Shown here: positions 36,476 through 46,304 of the stretch, piece after piece
How positions within the stretch are numbered: position 1 is the stretch's first letter
Layout: each line of letters starts with the position of its first letter
Assembly: GCA_963725865.1 (NCBI GenBank)
Contig: CAVSAC010000014.1
Span: 992,001 to 1,056,000, forward strand
Reading direction: 5' to 3'
Length of the DNA: 64,000 nucleotides
Origin: Candidatus Eiseniibacteriota bacterium
GTDB lineage: Bacteria > Eisenbacteria > RBG-16-71-46
Notes under the pieces: model-generated
What the model was told of the DNA's origin: nothing
Databases searched by the model: none
What the model saw: the letters and a program-made list of their open reading frames with translations, nothing else
Program-made: the position numbers and the translations under genes

Positions 36476-37852
36476 TCACATCTCGGATGCCGCGAGCCGC
36501 GTGACCACCTGCACGTGCTGTCGTCGCGGATCGGGCGGCGCCCAGGGCGGCGAGAAGTCCACCGGCAGCCCCGGCGACGCCGCGCGGCTCCACAACGGGC
36601 GCTCGATCTCGCCGCAGAGGGCATCCGCGAAGTCGGGATCCACCGCCTCGCCGGCGCGCCAGGCGCCTTCGGGCGCCTCGAGCCGGCCCGCGCGATGTCC
36701 GTTGTGGCGTACCGCGAGCTGGTGCGCGAGCCAGTTGCTCACCCGCGGCCGCAGGTCGGCGAGCACGTTGAAGCAGTCGTGGCCGCCCTTGGGGTAGAAG
36801 ACGAACTCGCGCTCGCAGCGCGCCGACTCGAAGATGCGGTGCGACTCGCGCCGCGGCGTCAGCAGGTCGTGCCCGCCGCCGGCGAGGAACAGCGGCGCGC
36901 GCAGGTGCTCGATCGCGCCGTCGAGCGTGAGCTTGCCGACCGCCTCGCCCATCTCGGCCTCCGACGCTCCGTACAGCGCGGCCAGCTCGCGGCGCATGCC
37001 GGCGAGCGTGATGTTCCAGTACACGTCGAGCGAGTAGGGCGGGCTCACCGCCGCCACCGCGCGCACGCGCCGGTCGTGGGCCGCCATGCGGATCGCCATG
37101 TAACCGCCCAGGCTCAGCCCCGCGAACGCCACTGCTCCGGCGTCCAGCTCGGGGTGGCTCTCGATCGCGTTGAGGATCGACACGCCGACCGGGCGCGGCT
37201 CGGCGACCATCGAGAGGCGGTGGAACGTCTGCCCCAGCCCGGGGCCGTCGAACACCAGCGTGGCGAGCCCGCGCTCGAGCAGCGCATCGCTCCACCAGTG
37301 CAGCTCCTCCTTCACGGCGTTGGTGCCGTTGAACAGCACCACGACCGGCGCCGGGCGCTGCCCGCGCGGCACCCGCAGGAAGCCGCGCATCGCACGGCGC
37401 CGGTGGACCACCTCGAACGGGCGCGCCGGCGGATCCACGCACGGCGCCGCCTTCTCGTACGCGCGCACGCACGCCTCGTGCAGCGAACGCTTGCGCTCGA
37501 TGTCCATGAAGATCACGTACTGCGCGAAATTGAACGCCGCCGACGAGCGCAGCCACAGCCGGCCCGCGTCGGCGCTCAGCCCGCCCGCGAGCGCCTCCTC
37601 GCCCGCCCGCTCGAGCGCGAGGCCGAGGTCCTGCCAGATGTCCACCCACGACTCGAGGCTGTTCACGCTCGCGAGCACGCGATCGAGGTCCTCGGGGGCG
37701 ACGCCGGAGTTCACGAACTGGAGCTTCGCCCACGCGGGCATCTGCTGGGCGGCGCCGAGCTTGAGCGACAGGCGCACGAACCCGGGCCGCAGCAGCTGGC
37801 TGCGGAGCAGGTGGGGCACCAGGAGCTCGAGTCGACCACCGCGGAAGTCCAT
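36476..37852 (-). CDS. Alpha/beta hydrolase (FrsA/DUF1100, dihydroxypseudooxynicotine hydrolase-like)
   Basis: G.N..KEE, FDGPGLG, nucleophile GLSLGG, GGHD, GGHDC; start uncertain. Confidence 0.8.
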   Translation of the reverse strand: MDFRGGRLELLVPHLLRSQLLRPGFVRLSLKLGAAQQMPAWAKLQFVNSGVAPEDLDRVLASVNSLESWVDIWQDLGLALERAGEEALAGGLSADAGRLWLRSSAAFNFAQYVIFMDIERKRSLHEACVRAYEKAAPCVDPPARPFEVVHRRRAMRGFLRVPRGQRPAPVVVLFNGTNAVKEELHWWSDALLERGLATLVFDGPGLGQTFHRLSMVAEPRPVGVSILNAIESHPELDAGAVAFAGLSLGGYMAIRMAAHDRRVRAVAAVSPPYSLDVYWNITLAGMRRELAALYGASEAEMGEAVGKLTLDGAIEHLRAPLFLAGGGHDLLTPRRESHRIFESARCEREFVFYPKGGHDCFNVLADLRPRVSNWLAHQLAVRHNGHRAGRLEAPEGAWRAGEAVDPDFADALCGEIERPLWSRAASPGLPVDFSPPWAPPDPRRQHVQVVTRLAASEM

Positions 37853-37921
37853 CGGGGCCTCGATGTGAGAGACGGTGACCAGTTCGGGGAGCGCGGGGGC
37901 GACGCTCCCCACTCCTTGGAG

Positions 37922-37937
37922 TGCAGAGCCCATGCCA
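37922..37937 (-). promoter_or_regulatory. Sigma54 -24/-12 promoter
   Basis: TGGCATGGGCTCTGCA, GG-N10-GC. Confidence 0.6.
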
Positions 37938-38230
37938 CGGGTGCGAGATGCCGCACGAAACCCCGGCGGCCCACGCCGGCGGCGCGGCGCGGCCGGCGGC
38001 GGCGCGGCGGCCGCGCCGCCAATGCCGCGCCGGCAGCGCGCGGAACGCGGCCCAGGGCGGCCCGGAGCCACTCGGCCCGAGCGGAGCAGGCCGGCGGCCG
38101 CGGTCCGGAGCGCGCCGTGCAGCCCGCGCCGGGCGACCTCGCAGTGGGCGAGGTCACCCGACTGCGGGTGAGCCGGCGCAGCGAGGTCGCCACGGTCCCG
38201 GCGGGGCCGCCGCGGCCGCGGCCGGCGCTC

Positions 38231-39097
38231 CTAGACCATCGCCACCTGCTCGCGGTAGTCGCGGGCGAGGCGCGCCGCCACTCCCGCGTCGCCGAGCGGG
38301 CGGCCGTCGAGGGTGGCGATGCGCACCACCTCCTGCACCGAGTTGGTCACGAACGCCTCGGCCGCCGCGGTCAGCTCCGCGCGCGTGATCCGCGCCTCGC
38401 GCGCCGGGATCCCGGCCGCGGCGCACAGCCCGAGCACGATCGCGCGCGTGATGCCCGGCAGGATGCCGCGCGCGAGCGGCGGCGTGCGGACCTCGCCGCC
38501 CACCACGGCGAACAGGTTGCTCGTGGCACCCTCGAGCACCTCGCCGTCGGCGGCCACCAGCAGGGCCTCGTCCGCCTCCGCGACCCGCGCCTCCTCGCGC
38601 GCGAGCGCGTACGGGAGCCGGCTGGTGGTCTTGTGCATGCCGAGCGAGCCGGGCTCGAACGCCACCTTCGAGGTGATCGCACTCGCGGCGCCCGCGCGGG
38701 TGCCCCGCCACAGACGTCCCGCCAGCGGCTCCGCCTCGATCCACGCGCCGGCGCGCGTCGGACGGCCGCCGGCGATGCCGCGCGTGATGGTGAGGCGGGC
38801 GACCGCCTCACCCAGGCCCTCGGCCGCCAGCACCTGTTCGAGCCCCTCGCGCAGCGCGCGCGGCGCGGCCGGCACCGGAAAGCCCAGCACCGCGCACGAG
38901 AGCACCAGCCGCTCGAGGTGGCGATCCCACAGGCGCGGGACGCCGCCCGCGACCCGCAGCGTCTCGAACAGCCCCTCGCCGTCGCGCGCTCCGCGGTCCC
39001 ACAGCGACAGCGCGGCCGCGGCGCCGCGCACCAGCGTGCCGTTCACCCACGCCGCGCGCTCGGGCGCGCGCGCGCCGCGCGGCAGCGGCGCGCTCAT
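38231..39097 (-). CDS. pabC: Aminotransferase class IV (4-amino-4-deoxychorismate lyase-like)
   Basis: DRG..DGEGLFETLR, HLERL, HKT, EGATSNLF, LPGITR, TNSV; coupled to pabB. Confidence 0.8.
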   Translation of the reverse strand: MSAPLPRGARAPERAAWVNGTLVRGAAAALSLWDRGARDGEGLFETLRVAGGVPRLWDRHLERLVLSCAVLGFPVPAAPRALREGLEQVLAAEGLGEAVARLTITRGIAGGRPTRAGAWIEAEPLAGRLWRGTRAGAASAITSKVAFEPGSLGMHKTTSRLPYALAREEARVAEADEALLVAADGEVLEGATSNLFAVVGGEVRTPPLARGILPGITRAIVLGLCAAAGIPAREARITRAELTAAAEAFVTNSVQEVVRIATLDGRPLGDAGVAARLARDYREQVAMV

Positions 39098-40521
39098 CGC
39101 GCGGGCACCTCGCCCGGCTCCAGCATCACCGGCCCGAGCAGCGACGAGAGCGCGGCGCGCAGGCCCTCGGCCTTGTGCAGCGTCTCGTCGTACTCCGCCT
39201 GCGGATCGGAGTCGGCGATGATGCCGCCGCCGGCCGCGAAGCGCACCGCGTCGGCGGTCACCAGCGCCGTGCGGATCGCGATGCTCCAGTCCGCGCCGCC
39301 GCGCCAGTCGAGGTAGCCGATCGCGCCGGTGTAGATGTGGCGGCGCACCGGCTCGAGCGCATCGAGGATCTCCATCGCGCGGATCTTGGGGGCGCCGGTG
39401 ATGGAGCCGCCCGGGAAGCACGCCTCGAGCAGGTCGAGCGCGTCGGCGCCCTCGCGCAGCGTGCCGGTGACGGTCGAGACCAGGTGGTGCACCTGCGCGA
39501 ACGTCTCGAGCGCGCACAGCTCGGGGACCCGCACGCTGCCGGTCTCGCACACGCGGCCGAGGTCGTTGCGCAGCACGTCCACGATCATCACGTTTTCGGC
39601 CCGGTCCTTGGCGCTGGCGGCCAGCGCCGCGAGCTCGCGCGCGTCCGCGGTCGGATCGGCGCCGCGCGGGCGCGTGCCCTTGATCGGACGCGTCTGCACC
39701 TCGCGGCCGCGCAGCGTCAGGAAGCACTCCGGGCTCGCCGAGACCACCGCGTGATCCGCCGCGCCGAGGAACGCGGCGTACGGGGCCGGCGAGAGCCGCG
39801 CGAGCGCGCGGTGCAGGTCCAGCGCGAACTCCACCGGTGCCGGCGCCGCGAACGCCAGCGTCCAACGCTGCGAGAGGTTCGCCTGGAAGATGTCGCCGCA
39901 CGCGATGTGCGCCCGCACCCGCTCGACCGCCGCGCGGTAGGCCTCGGGCGTGAATCCGGAGACCGCGTGCACTGGTGTCTCCGGCGTGGCGGCCGGAGCC
40001 GGTGGGGCCGGCGCCACACGCTCGATCCGCTCCGCGAAGCGCGCGAGCCGCTCGCCGGCGCGTGCCGCGCGCGCCGCCGACCCGTTGCTCGGCAGGCCGG
40101 TCGAGAACAGATATGCCTCGCGCCGCGCGTGGTCGAAGGCGCCCACCACGTCGTAGAGGCCGAGCACGAAGTCGGGCAGGCCGAGGTCATCCACCGCCTG
40201 TGCGGGCAGCCGCTCGAGCCGCCGGCCGAAGTCGTACGCCCAGTAGCCCACCGCGCCCCCCATGAACGGCACGCAGGAGGCCGCCGGCTGGTCGCGCAGC
40301 GCGCTCGCCGCCGCATGGCGGAACGCCGCCCGCGCCGCCGCCCAGTCGCCGCCTCGATGCACGGCGTAGGGATCGGCGCCGAAGAACGACCAGCGGGCGC
40401 GGTCGTCCTCGAGCGCGGACTGGAGCAGGAACGGATACGGCAGATCCGCGAGCGCGCGCAGCGCATGCAGCGGATCCGTGACGCGCAGCGCGCGCACGAG
40501 CGGGAGGGCCTGGCGGTCCAT
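39094..40521 (-). CDS. pabB: Aminodeoxychorismate synthase component I
   Basis: PFMGGAVGYWAYD, FQANL, SASPE, PIKGTRPR (PabB-type Lys), ENVMIVD..RNDL, GAPKIRAM. Confidence 0.9.
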   Translation of the reverse strand: MDRQALPLVRALRVTDPLHALRALADLPYPFLLQSALEDDRARWSFFGADPYAVHRGGDWAAARAAFRHAAASALRDQPAASCVPFMGGAVGYWAYDFGRRLERLPAQAVDDLGLPDFVLGLYDVVGAFDHARREAYLFSTGLPSNGSAARAARAGERLARFAERIERVAPAPPAPAATPETPVHAVSGFTPEAYRAAVERVRAHIACGDIFQANLSQRWTLAFAAPAPVEFALDLHRALARLSPAPYAAFLGAADHAVVSASPECFLTLRGREVQTRPIKGTRPRGADPTADARELAALAASAKDRAENVMIVDVLRNDLGRVCETGSVRVPELCALETFAQVHHLVSTVTGTLREGADALDLLEACFPGGSITGAPKIRAMEILDALEPVRRHIYTGAIGYLDWRGGADWSIAIRTALVTADAVRFAAGGGIIADSDPQAEYDETLHKAEGLRAALSSLLGPVMLEPGEVPAR

Positions 40522-40906
40522 GGCCGCGAGGGTAGGGGCGGGTCGCGCGAGGGTCAACGATGGCGGCAGGCGCGGCGCCGTCGCCGGCCGGCTCGCGCGC
40601 GCCCGCGACGCCGTGCGTCCGCGGCGGAGCCGGTCGGGCGCCGCGCGCCTCGCAGTCGGGCGGTCGCCCGCGGTCGCCCGCGGCCGCTCGGTCGCCCGCG
40701 GCCGCTCGGTCGCTCGCAGACCCGCGCTCGTCCGATCGCGCGCGGAATCGATCTGGCGAGCCGCGCGCCGCGGTGGCACGATGCGCGGCGCTCCGCCCGG
40801 CCCCGTCGGGCCATCGCGTCCGCCGCGGATCGGCGCATCGCTTCCCGCGCGGCATCGCGACGCCACCGTGGCGCCGCGGCCGGCCGCTCCTCCGGAGGAT
40901 CCACCC

Positions 40907-43159
40907 GTGTCGCACGCCCGCGTCGTCGTCGCCTCGCTCGCCGCCCTCGTGCTGATCCCACTCGCCGCCCGCGGCGAACCCGAGCTGCGCGGCTTCACGC
41001 CCGCCGCCGCCGTGACCCAGCGCGACTGGGAGACGAAGTTCCGCGCGCTGCCCGATCCGGCGCGCATGCGCGAATCGATGCGCCGGCTGAGCGCGCGGCC
41101 GCACCACCTCGGTTCGCCGTACGACCGCGACAACGCCGAGTGGCTGCGCGCGCAGTTCGCCTCGTACGGATGGGATGCGCGCATCGAGGAGTTCGAGGCG
41201 CTGTCGCCGACGCCCACGCTGCGGCGGCTCGAGCTGGTGGCGCCCACGCGCTTCGTCGCGCGGCTCGACGAGCCGGCGCTCGCGCTGGACCCGACCACGG
41301 GGCAGAAGCGCGAGCAGCTCCCCAGCTTCAACGCCTATTCGGCCGACGGCGACGTCACGGCGCCGCTCGTCTACGTCAACCGCGGCGTGCCGGCGGACTA
41401 CGAGGAGCTCGAGCGGCTCGGAGTCTCGGTGAAAGGCGCCATCGTGATCGCCCGCTACGGCGGCTCGTGGCGTGGCATCAAGCCGAAGGTCGCCGCCGAG
41501 CACGGCGCGGTCGGCTGCCTGATCTACTCGGACCCGCAGGACGACGGCTACGCGCAGGGCGAGACGTTCCCCGCGGGGCCGTTCCGGCCGAAGGACGGCG
41601 TGCAGCGCGGCAGCGTGATCGACATGCCCATCTACCCCGGCGATCCGCTGACGCCGGGGGTGGCCGCCACGCGGGACGCGAAGCGGCTCGACCGGCGCGA
41701 CGCGGTCACGCTGATGAAGATCCCGGTGCTGCCCATCTCGTACGCCGACGCGCAGCCGCTGCTGGCCGCGATCGCCGGCCCGATCGCGCCGCCGGAGTGG
41801 CGCGGCTCGCTGCCGGTCACGTATCGGCTCGGACCGGGGCCGGCGCGCGTGCACCTGCAGCTGGCGTTCGACTGGTCGCTGCGCCCGGTGCGCGACGTGA
41901 TCGCGAGCATCCCGGGCGCGCAGTTTCCCGACGAGTGGGTCGTGCGCGGCAACCACTACGACGCCTGGGTGAACGGCGCGGAGGACCCGATCTCCGGCCA
42001 GGTCGCCGAGCTCGAGGAGGCGCGCGCGATCGGCGCGCTGCTGAAGCAGGGTTGGCGGCCGAAGCGCACGCTGGTGTACGCGTCGTGGGACGGCGAGGAG
42101 GAGGGGCTGCTCGGCTCAACCGAATGGGTCGAGGCGCACGCGGACGAGCTGGGCCGCAAGGCCGTGCTGTACGTGAACAGCGACTCGAATTCGCGCGGCT
42201 ACCTGGACATCGGCGGCTCCCACACGCTGGAGCGGTTCATGAACGGGATCGCCCGCGACATCGAGGATCCCGAGACCCACCTGTCGGTGCGCGTTCGACT
42301 GCAGGCCTCGCGCATCCGCAACGGCAGCGACGAGGTGCGCCGCGAGGCGCGCGAGCGCGCCGACCTGCGGATCGACGCGCTGGGCTCGGGCTCCGACTAC
42401 AGCGCGTTCCTGCAGCACGTCGGCGTGCCCTCGCTCGCCGCGGGCTACGGCGGCGAGGACCGCGGCGGCATCTACCACTCGGTCTACGACGACCTCTACT
42501 GGTACACGCACTTCGCCGATTCCACGTTCGTCTACGGTCGCGCGCTCGCGCAGACCGTGGGGACGACGGTGATGCGCATGGCCGACGCCGATCTGCTGCC
42601 GCACGAGTTCGGAAACCTCGCGGAGACCGCGACCGGCTACATCCGCGAGCTGAAGGCGCTGCGCGAGGAGAGCGCCAAACGCATCGCCGAGCGCAACCGC
42701 CAGGTGACCGACGGCGTGTTCGCCGCGACCGTCGACCCGCGGCGCCCGGAGTTCGCTCCGCTGCCCGAGCCGCTGCCGCCGGTGCTCGACTTCGCGCCGC
42801 TCGACAACGCTGCCGACACGCTGACGCGCGCCGCCGCGCGCTACGAGAAGGCCTACGCCGCGGTGATCGCCGGCGAGGCCGACACGGCGCGGTTCGCGGG
42901 CGTGAACGCGCTGCTGCGCCAGAGCGACCAGGTGCTGCTGGACGCCGACGGGCTGCCGAAGCGGCCGTGGTACCGGCACCTGCTCTACGCCCCGGGCTTC
43001 TACACGGGCTATGGGGTGAAGACCATGCCGGGCGTGCGCGAGGCCATCGAGCAGAAGCAGTGGGCCGACGCCGACGCGCAGATCCTGCGTGTCGCCGCGG
43101 CCCTGCGGCGCGAAGCCGCGCTGGTCGGCCGCGCGGCGGAGGCGCTCGAGCGGCGGTGA
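40907..43159 (+). CDS. M28 peptidase, glutamate carboxypeptidase II-like (PA and TfR dimerisation domains)
   Basis: GGAGGA then GTG; GNHYDAW, DPISG, WDGEEEGLLGSTEW, GSGSDY, YHS.YD, RPWYRH..YAPG. Confidence 0.92.
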   Translation: MSHARVVVASLAALVLIPLAARGEPELRGFTPAAAVTQRDWETKFRALPDPARMRESMRRLSARPHHLGSPYDRDNAEWLRAQFASYGWDARIEEFEALSPTPTLRRLELVAPTRFVARLDEPALALDPTTGQKREQLPSFNAYSADGDVTAPLVYVNRGVPADYEELERLGVSVKGAIVIARYGGSWRGIKPKVAAEHGAVGCLIYSDPQDDGYAQGETFPAGPFRPKDGVQRGSVIDMPIYPGDPLTPGVAATRDAKRLDRRDAVTLMKIPVLPISYADAQPLLAAIAGPIAPPEWRGSLPVTYRLGPGPARVHLQLAFDWSLRPVRDVIASIPGAQFPDEWVVRGNHYDAWVNGAEDPISGQVAELEEARAIGALLKQGWRPKRTLVYASWDGEEEGLLGSTEWVEAHADELGRKAVLYVNSDSNSRGYLDIGGSHTLERFMNGIARDIEDPETHLSVRVRLQASRIRNGSDEVRREARERADLRIDALGSGSDYSAFLQHVGVPSLAAGYGGEDRGGIYHSVYDDLYWYTHFADSTFVYGRALAQTVGTTVMRMADADLLPHEFGNLAETATGYIRELKALREESAKRIAERNRQVTDGVFAATVDPRRPEFAPLPEPLPPVLDFAPLDNAADTLTRAAARYEKAYAAVIAGEADTARFAGVNALLRQSDQVLLDADGLPKRPWYRHLLYAPGFYTGYGVKTMPGVREAIEQKQWADADAQILRVAAALRREAALVGRAAEALERR

Positions 43160-43193
43160 ACGCGGTGGCCGACCAGCGTGTGGGAGGCGGCGG

Positions 43194-46031
43194 CTAGTTT
43201 GCGATCACCAGCCTTGCGACCGCGCGCTCGCGCCCGGCGGTGAGGCGTAGGAAGTAGAGCCCAGGGCGCAGCGGCGCGCCGGCGCTCGCGAGCGTCCAGT
43301 CGATGGCACCCTCGCCGGCCGTACGCTCGGCATCGAGCAGGGTGGCGAGGCGGCGGCCCTGCAGGTCGTGGAGCGCGAGCGTGACGTGCCCGGCGCGCGG
43401 CAGCGCGAACCGCACCGCGCAGCGCGCGCGCGCCGGGTTGGGGGCGAGCGCGGTGATGGCGAGGCGCGCGGGCGGCGCGGGTGCGCTGCCGACCGCGAGC
43501 GGATCGACGATGCGCAGGCGCTCGGCGCTGACGGCGTGGGCGACGTTGCCGGCGGAGTCGCGGGCGACGATCTTGAAGGCGACGCTGTCGGAGAGCGGAG
43601 CGGTGACGGTCCAGGGGAACTCGCCGGAATCGGCGAGGCCGGTGGCGATGCGCGCGAACGGCCCGCGCGGCCCGTGGCGGGAGACGAACAGGTCGATGGC
43701 GGCGACGCCGACGTCGTCGTGGGCCTGCCAGCGGAGGGTGGCGGAGGCACCCGGAGTCAACGCGGGCAGCACGCCGGGGCCGAGCAGCGCGACCGTCGGC
43801 GGGATCGGGTCGCGGCCCCACACGACGACGATGCTGGAGGCATCCCGCGACGCCACGTCCAGGCGGCCGTCGCCGTCGAAGTCCGCGAGCGGTCTCCCGG
43901 CGTTCCAGTTCGGGTCGAGTCCGCCGAGTCCGCCGGCCGCGACGAATCCTCCGGCGCCGTTCCCGCGCCCGAACAGCAGGCCATCCTCGATCTGGTAGAC
44001 CAGGTCGGGATGTCCATCGGCGTCGAGGTCGCACGGCGCCGCCCCGAAGCCGGGCCAGGCGTACACGCCGGAACTCGCGCTCGGCGCCCCGAGCGTGCCG
44101 GCGGCATCCTGCAGGTACGCCATCACGTAGTCCCCGAATCCGCCGGGCCCGTAGCCCCGGAACAGTGTCGAGAGGTCGAGCCGGCCATCTCCGTCGAGAT
44201 CCTCGATCAGGATCTCCGCTTCGTCACCATTCGTCTGGAGGAACGTCGCGGCCCCGAATCCACCGTCTCCCACGGAGAGTGCGTAGCTGGTCGAGTAGCC
44301 GGAGCCCGTGAGCCACGCGGTGTACACGATGTCGGCCCGCCCGTCTCCGTTCAGGTCGCCGACCTTCATATGGGTGATGGTGAGCGGCCGTTGCGTCCGT
44401 ACCGCGGGGCCGAACGCACCTCCGCCCAGTCCCGGTCGGACGAACACGTCGGCGCCGACGACGGCGACGAGGTCGAGATGACCGTCGCCCGTGACATCCG
44501 CGAAGTGCATCCCTGTGCTGCCTGCCGGTAGTGCGATCGAGAACGTCCCGGCCACCGTGCCGTCGCCAACTCCGGCCAGTACCGTGACAGCCGAGCCGGG
44601 ACCGAGCGTGGCGAAGTCCAGATGGCCGTCCTCGTCAGCGTCGACCGACTCGAATGCCGGCAACGCGCCGCAGCACTGCGGCGCGGGGATCTCGGCGTGG
44701 TCCGCTCGCGAGAATGTCCGGCCGGGTCGCGCGAGCAGAGCGTCCACCCCGAACTGACCGGGTGCGGCGTACGGATCCAGCGCCAGCAGATCGGGATGAC
44801 CGTCCTCGTCCAGATCGCCCACGGCGGCGATCGAAAACGCGGACGTGATCGGCCGGGTGAGCTCGCACACTCCGAACCTGCCCTGCCCGTCGCCGAGTGC
44901 GCTGTACAGCGCGTCGCTCGAGGTGTTCGGAGCCAACGCGGTCGACACGATGTCCGCGCGCTCGTCTCCGTCGAGGTCTTCGACGATCAGCGGGAACAAC
45001 GACCGCCCGATGGTCGAGCGGATCGCGGGACCGAACCCGCCCCCGCCGAGTCCGGGACGCACCAGGACAGCGAGGTGGGCGTCATCGGTGCTCACGAGGT
45101 CGAGCTGGCCATCCTGCGTCACGTCCGCGATCGCGACATCGAGCACGCGTTCGTCCGGTGTGTCGATGACCAGCGGCACGCCGAACGTCCCATCGCCCAG
45201 TCCGGGGTGGATCGAGACGATCTCCTCGCGAGCCACGACAAGGTCCGTGTGGCCGTCCCCGGTCACGTCCGATGCCGCCATGCCGAACGCGTGCTGCCAG
45301 TCGACGTCCCCGACGACCACGCGCGCGCGGAACGTGCCGTCTCCGCGGCTCAGCAGGACGATGAGGTCGTGGTCGCCGTACTGCTGCGAGACCGTGAAGT
45401 CGGGTCTCCCGTCGCCATCGAAATCCGCGGGCACGGAGTTCCAGATCACGCCACCCGCCAGGCTGTCGGCGGTCGATGTCGAGGTGACGAAGGTGCGTCC
45501 GGGGAGACCACGATCGACCTGGATTCCGCCGTTCCACCACAAGCTGACGACGTCCAGCCGGCCGTCGCCATCGACGTCGAGGACGACCTGCCCGGTGGCA
45601 TTGATCGGCGGCGACAGGTCCACGCGGGTCCAGTGTCGGCCGCTGCCGTCACCGAACAGGACACACCGGGCGTGCGCCGCGGTGCACGCGATGTCGCTGG
45701 CGCCGTCTCCATCGAGGTCCGCGATCGAGAACCACGCCATTTGCACACCGGGGTCGACCGATGGCGCGTCGAACGTCCCATCGCCCGCTCCCAGATAGAC
45801 CGCCATGCCGAAAGGCGACCACGACACGACATCGGGAGACCCATCCGAGTTCAGATCGCCGGACACGAGACGCGTGGGCAGGAGCTCGTCGACCGGGTTG
45901 TACGAGAGCTGCGCCAGCATCGGCGCGTCGAACCACCTCGCAGCCTCCGCCGGCGGCACCCGCGCCGCGAGCGCGAGCAGCAGCGGCACCAGTGCGACGG
46001 CGGCGCGAGCGTGGATCGATGAGCGGGCCAT
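43194..46031 (-). CDS. Secreted FG-GAP/VCBS repeat protein (14 repeats) with Ig-like and FlgD/T9SS-like C-terminal domains
   Basis: 14 D[LVFA]xxDGxxD loops; signal peptide; C-terminal APNP...HDLQGRRL...PGLYFLRL. Confidence 0.85.
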   Translation of the reverse strand: MARSSIHARAAVALVPLLLALAARVPPAEAARWFDAPMLAQLSYNPVDELLPTRLVSGDLNSDGSPDVVSWSPFGMAVYLGAGDGTFDAPSVDPGVQMAWFSIADLDGDGASDIACTAAHARCVLFGDGSGRHWTRVDLSPPINATGQVVLDVDGDGRLDVVSLWWNGGIQVDRGLPGRTFVTSTSTADSLAGGVIWNSVPADFDGDGRPDFTVSQQYGDHDLIVLLSRGDGTFRARVVVGDVDWQHAFGMAASDVTGDGHTDLVVAREEIVSIHPGLGDGTFGVPLVIDTPDERVLDVAIADVTQDGQLDLVSTDDAHLAVLVRPGLGGGGFGPAIRSTIGRSLFPLIVEDLDGDERADIVSTALAPNTSSDALYSALGDGQGRFGVCELTRPITSAFSIAAVGDLDEDGHPDLLALDPYAAPGQFGVDALLARPGRTFSRADHAEIPAPQCCGALPAFESVDADEDGHLDFATLGPGSAVTVLAGVGDGTVAGTFSIALPAGSTGMHFADVTGDGHLDLVAVVGADVFVRPGLGGGAFGPAVRTQRPLTITHMKVGDLNGDGRADIVYTAWLTGSGYSTSYALSVGDGGFGAATFLQTNGDEAEILIEDLDGDGRLDLSTLFRGYGPGGFGDYVMAYLQDAAGTLGAPSASSGVYAWPGFGAAPCDLDADGHPDLVYQIEDGLLFGRGNGAGGFVAAGGLGGLDPNWNAGRPLADFDGDGRLDVASRDASSIVVVWGRDPIPPTVALLGPGVLPALTPGASATLRWQAHDDVGVAAIDLFVSRHGPRGPFARIATGLADSGEFPWTVTAPLSDSVAFKIVARDSAGNVAHAVSAERLRIVDPLAVGSAPAPPARLAITALAPNPARARCAVRFALPRAGHVTLALHDLQGRRLATLLDAERTAGEGAIDWTLASAGAPLRPGLYFLRLTAGRERAVARLVIAN

Positions 46032-46304
46032 GATGGCGGCCTCCGATGGTCGCGGGGGGACCATTCGCGTTATCGGCCCGTGCGCGCGATCGCTGAACGA
46101 CGACCCGCGCGGGCGCCCTTCGTTCCGCGCCTTCTCGCACCTTGACACCCCCCGCTCGCGGTGCCACCGTTCCCCACGTCTCTCCGACGCGAATGAGACG
46201 CGAGGGAGCGCCGAGCCCCGCCACGCTCGCGGGGCCGGCGCTCCGATGCGTCCGGTCGGACCGGCACGGAAGCCGGGCAGCCCCTCGACGGCACGGAGGC
46301 CGTT

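Noticed and set aside
40660..40716. Short tandem repeats of (GCGGCCGCT)CGGTCGCCC in the pabB / M28 intergenic region
   Set aside because: Two to three degenerate GC-rich units with no spacers or evident function
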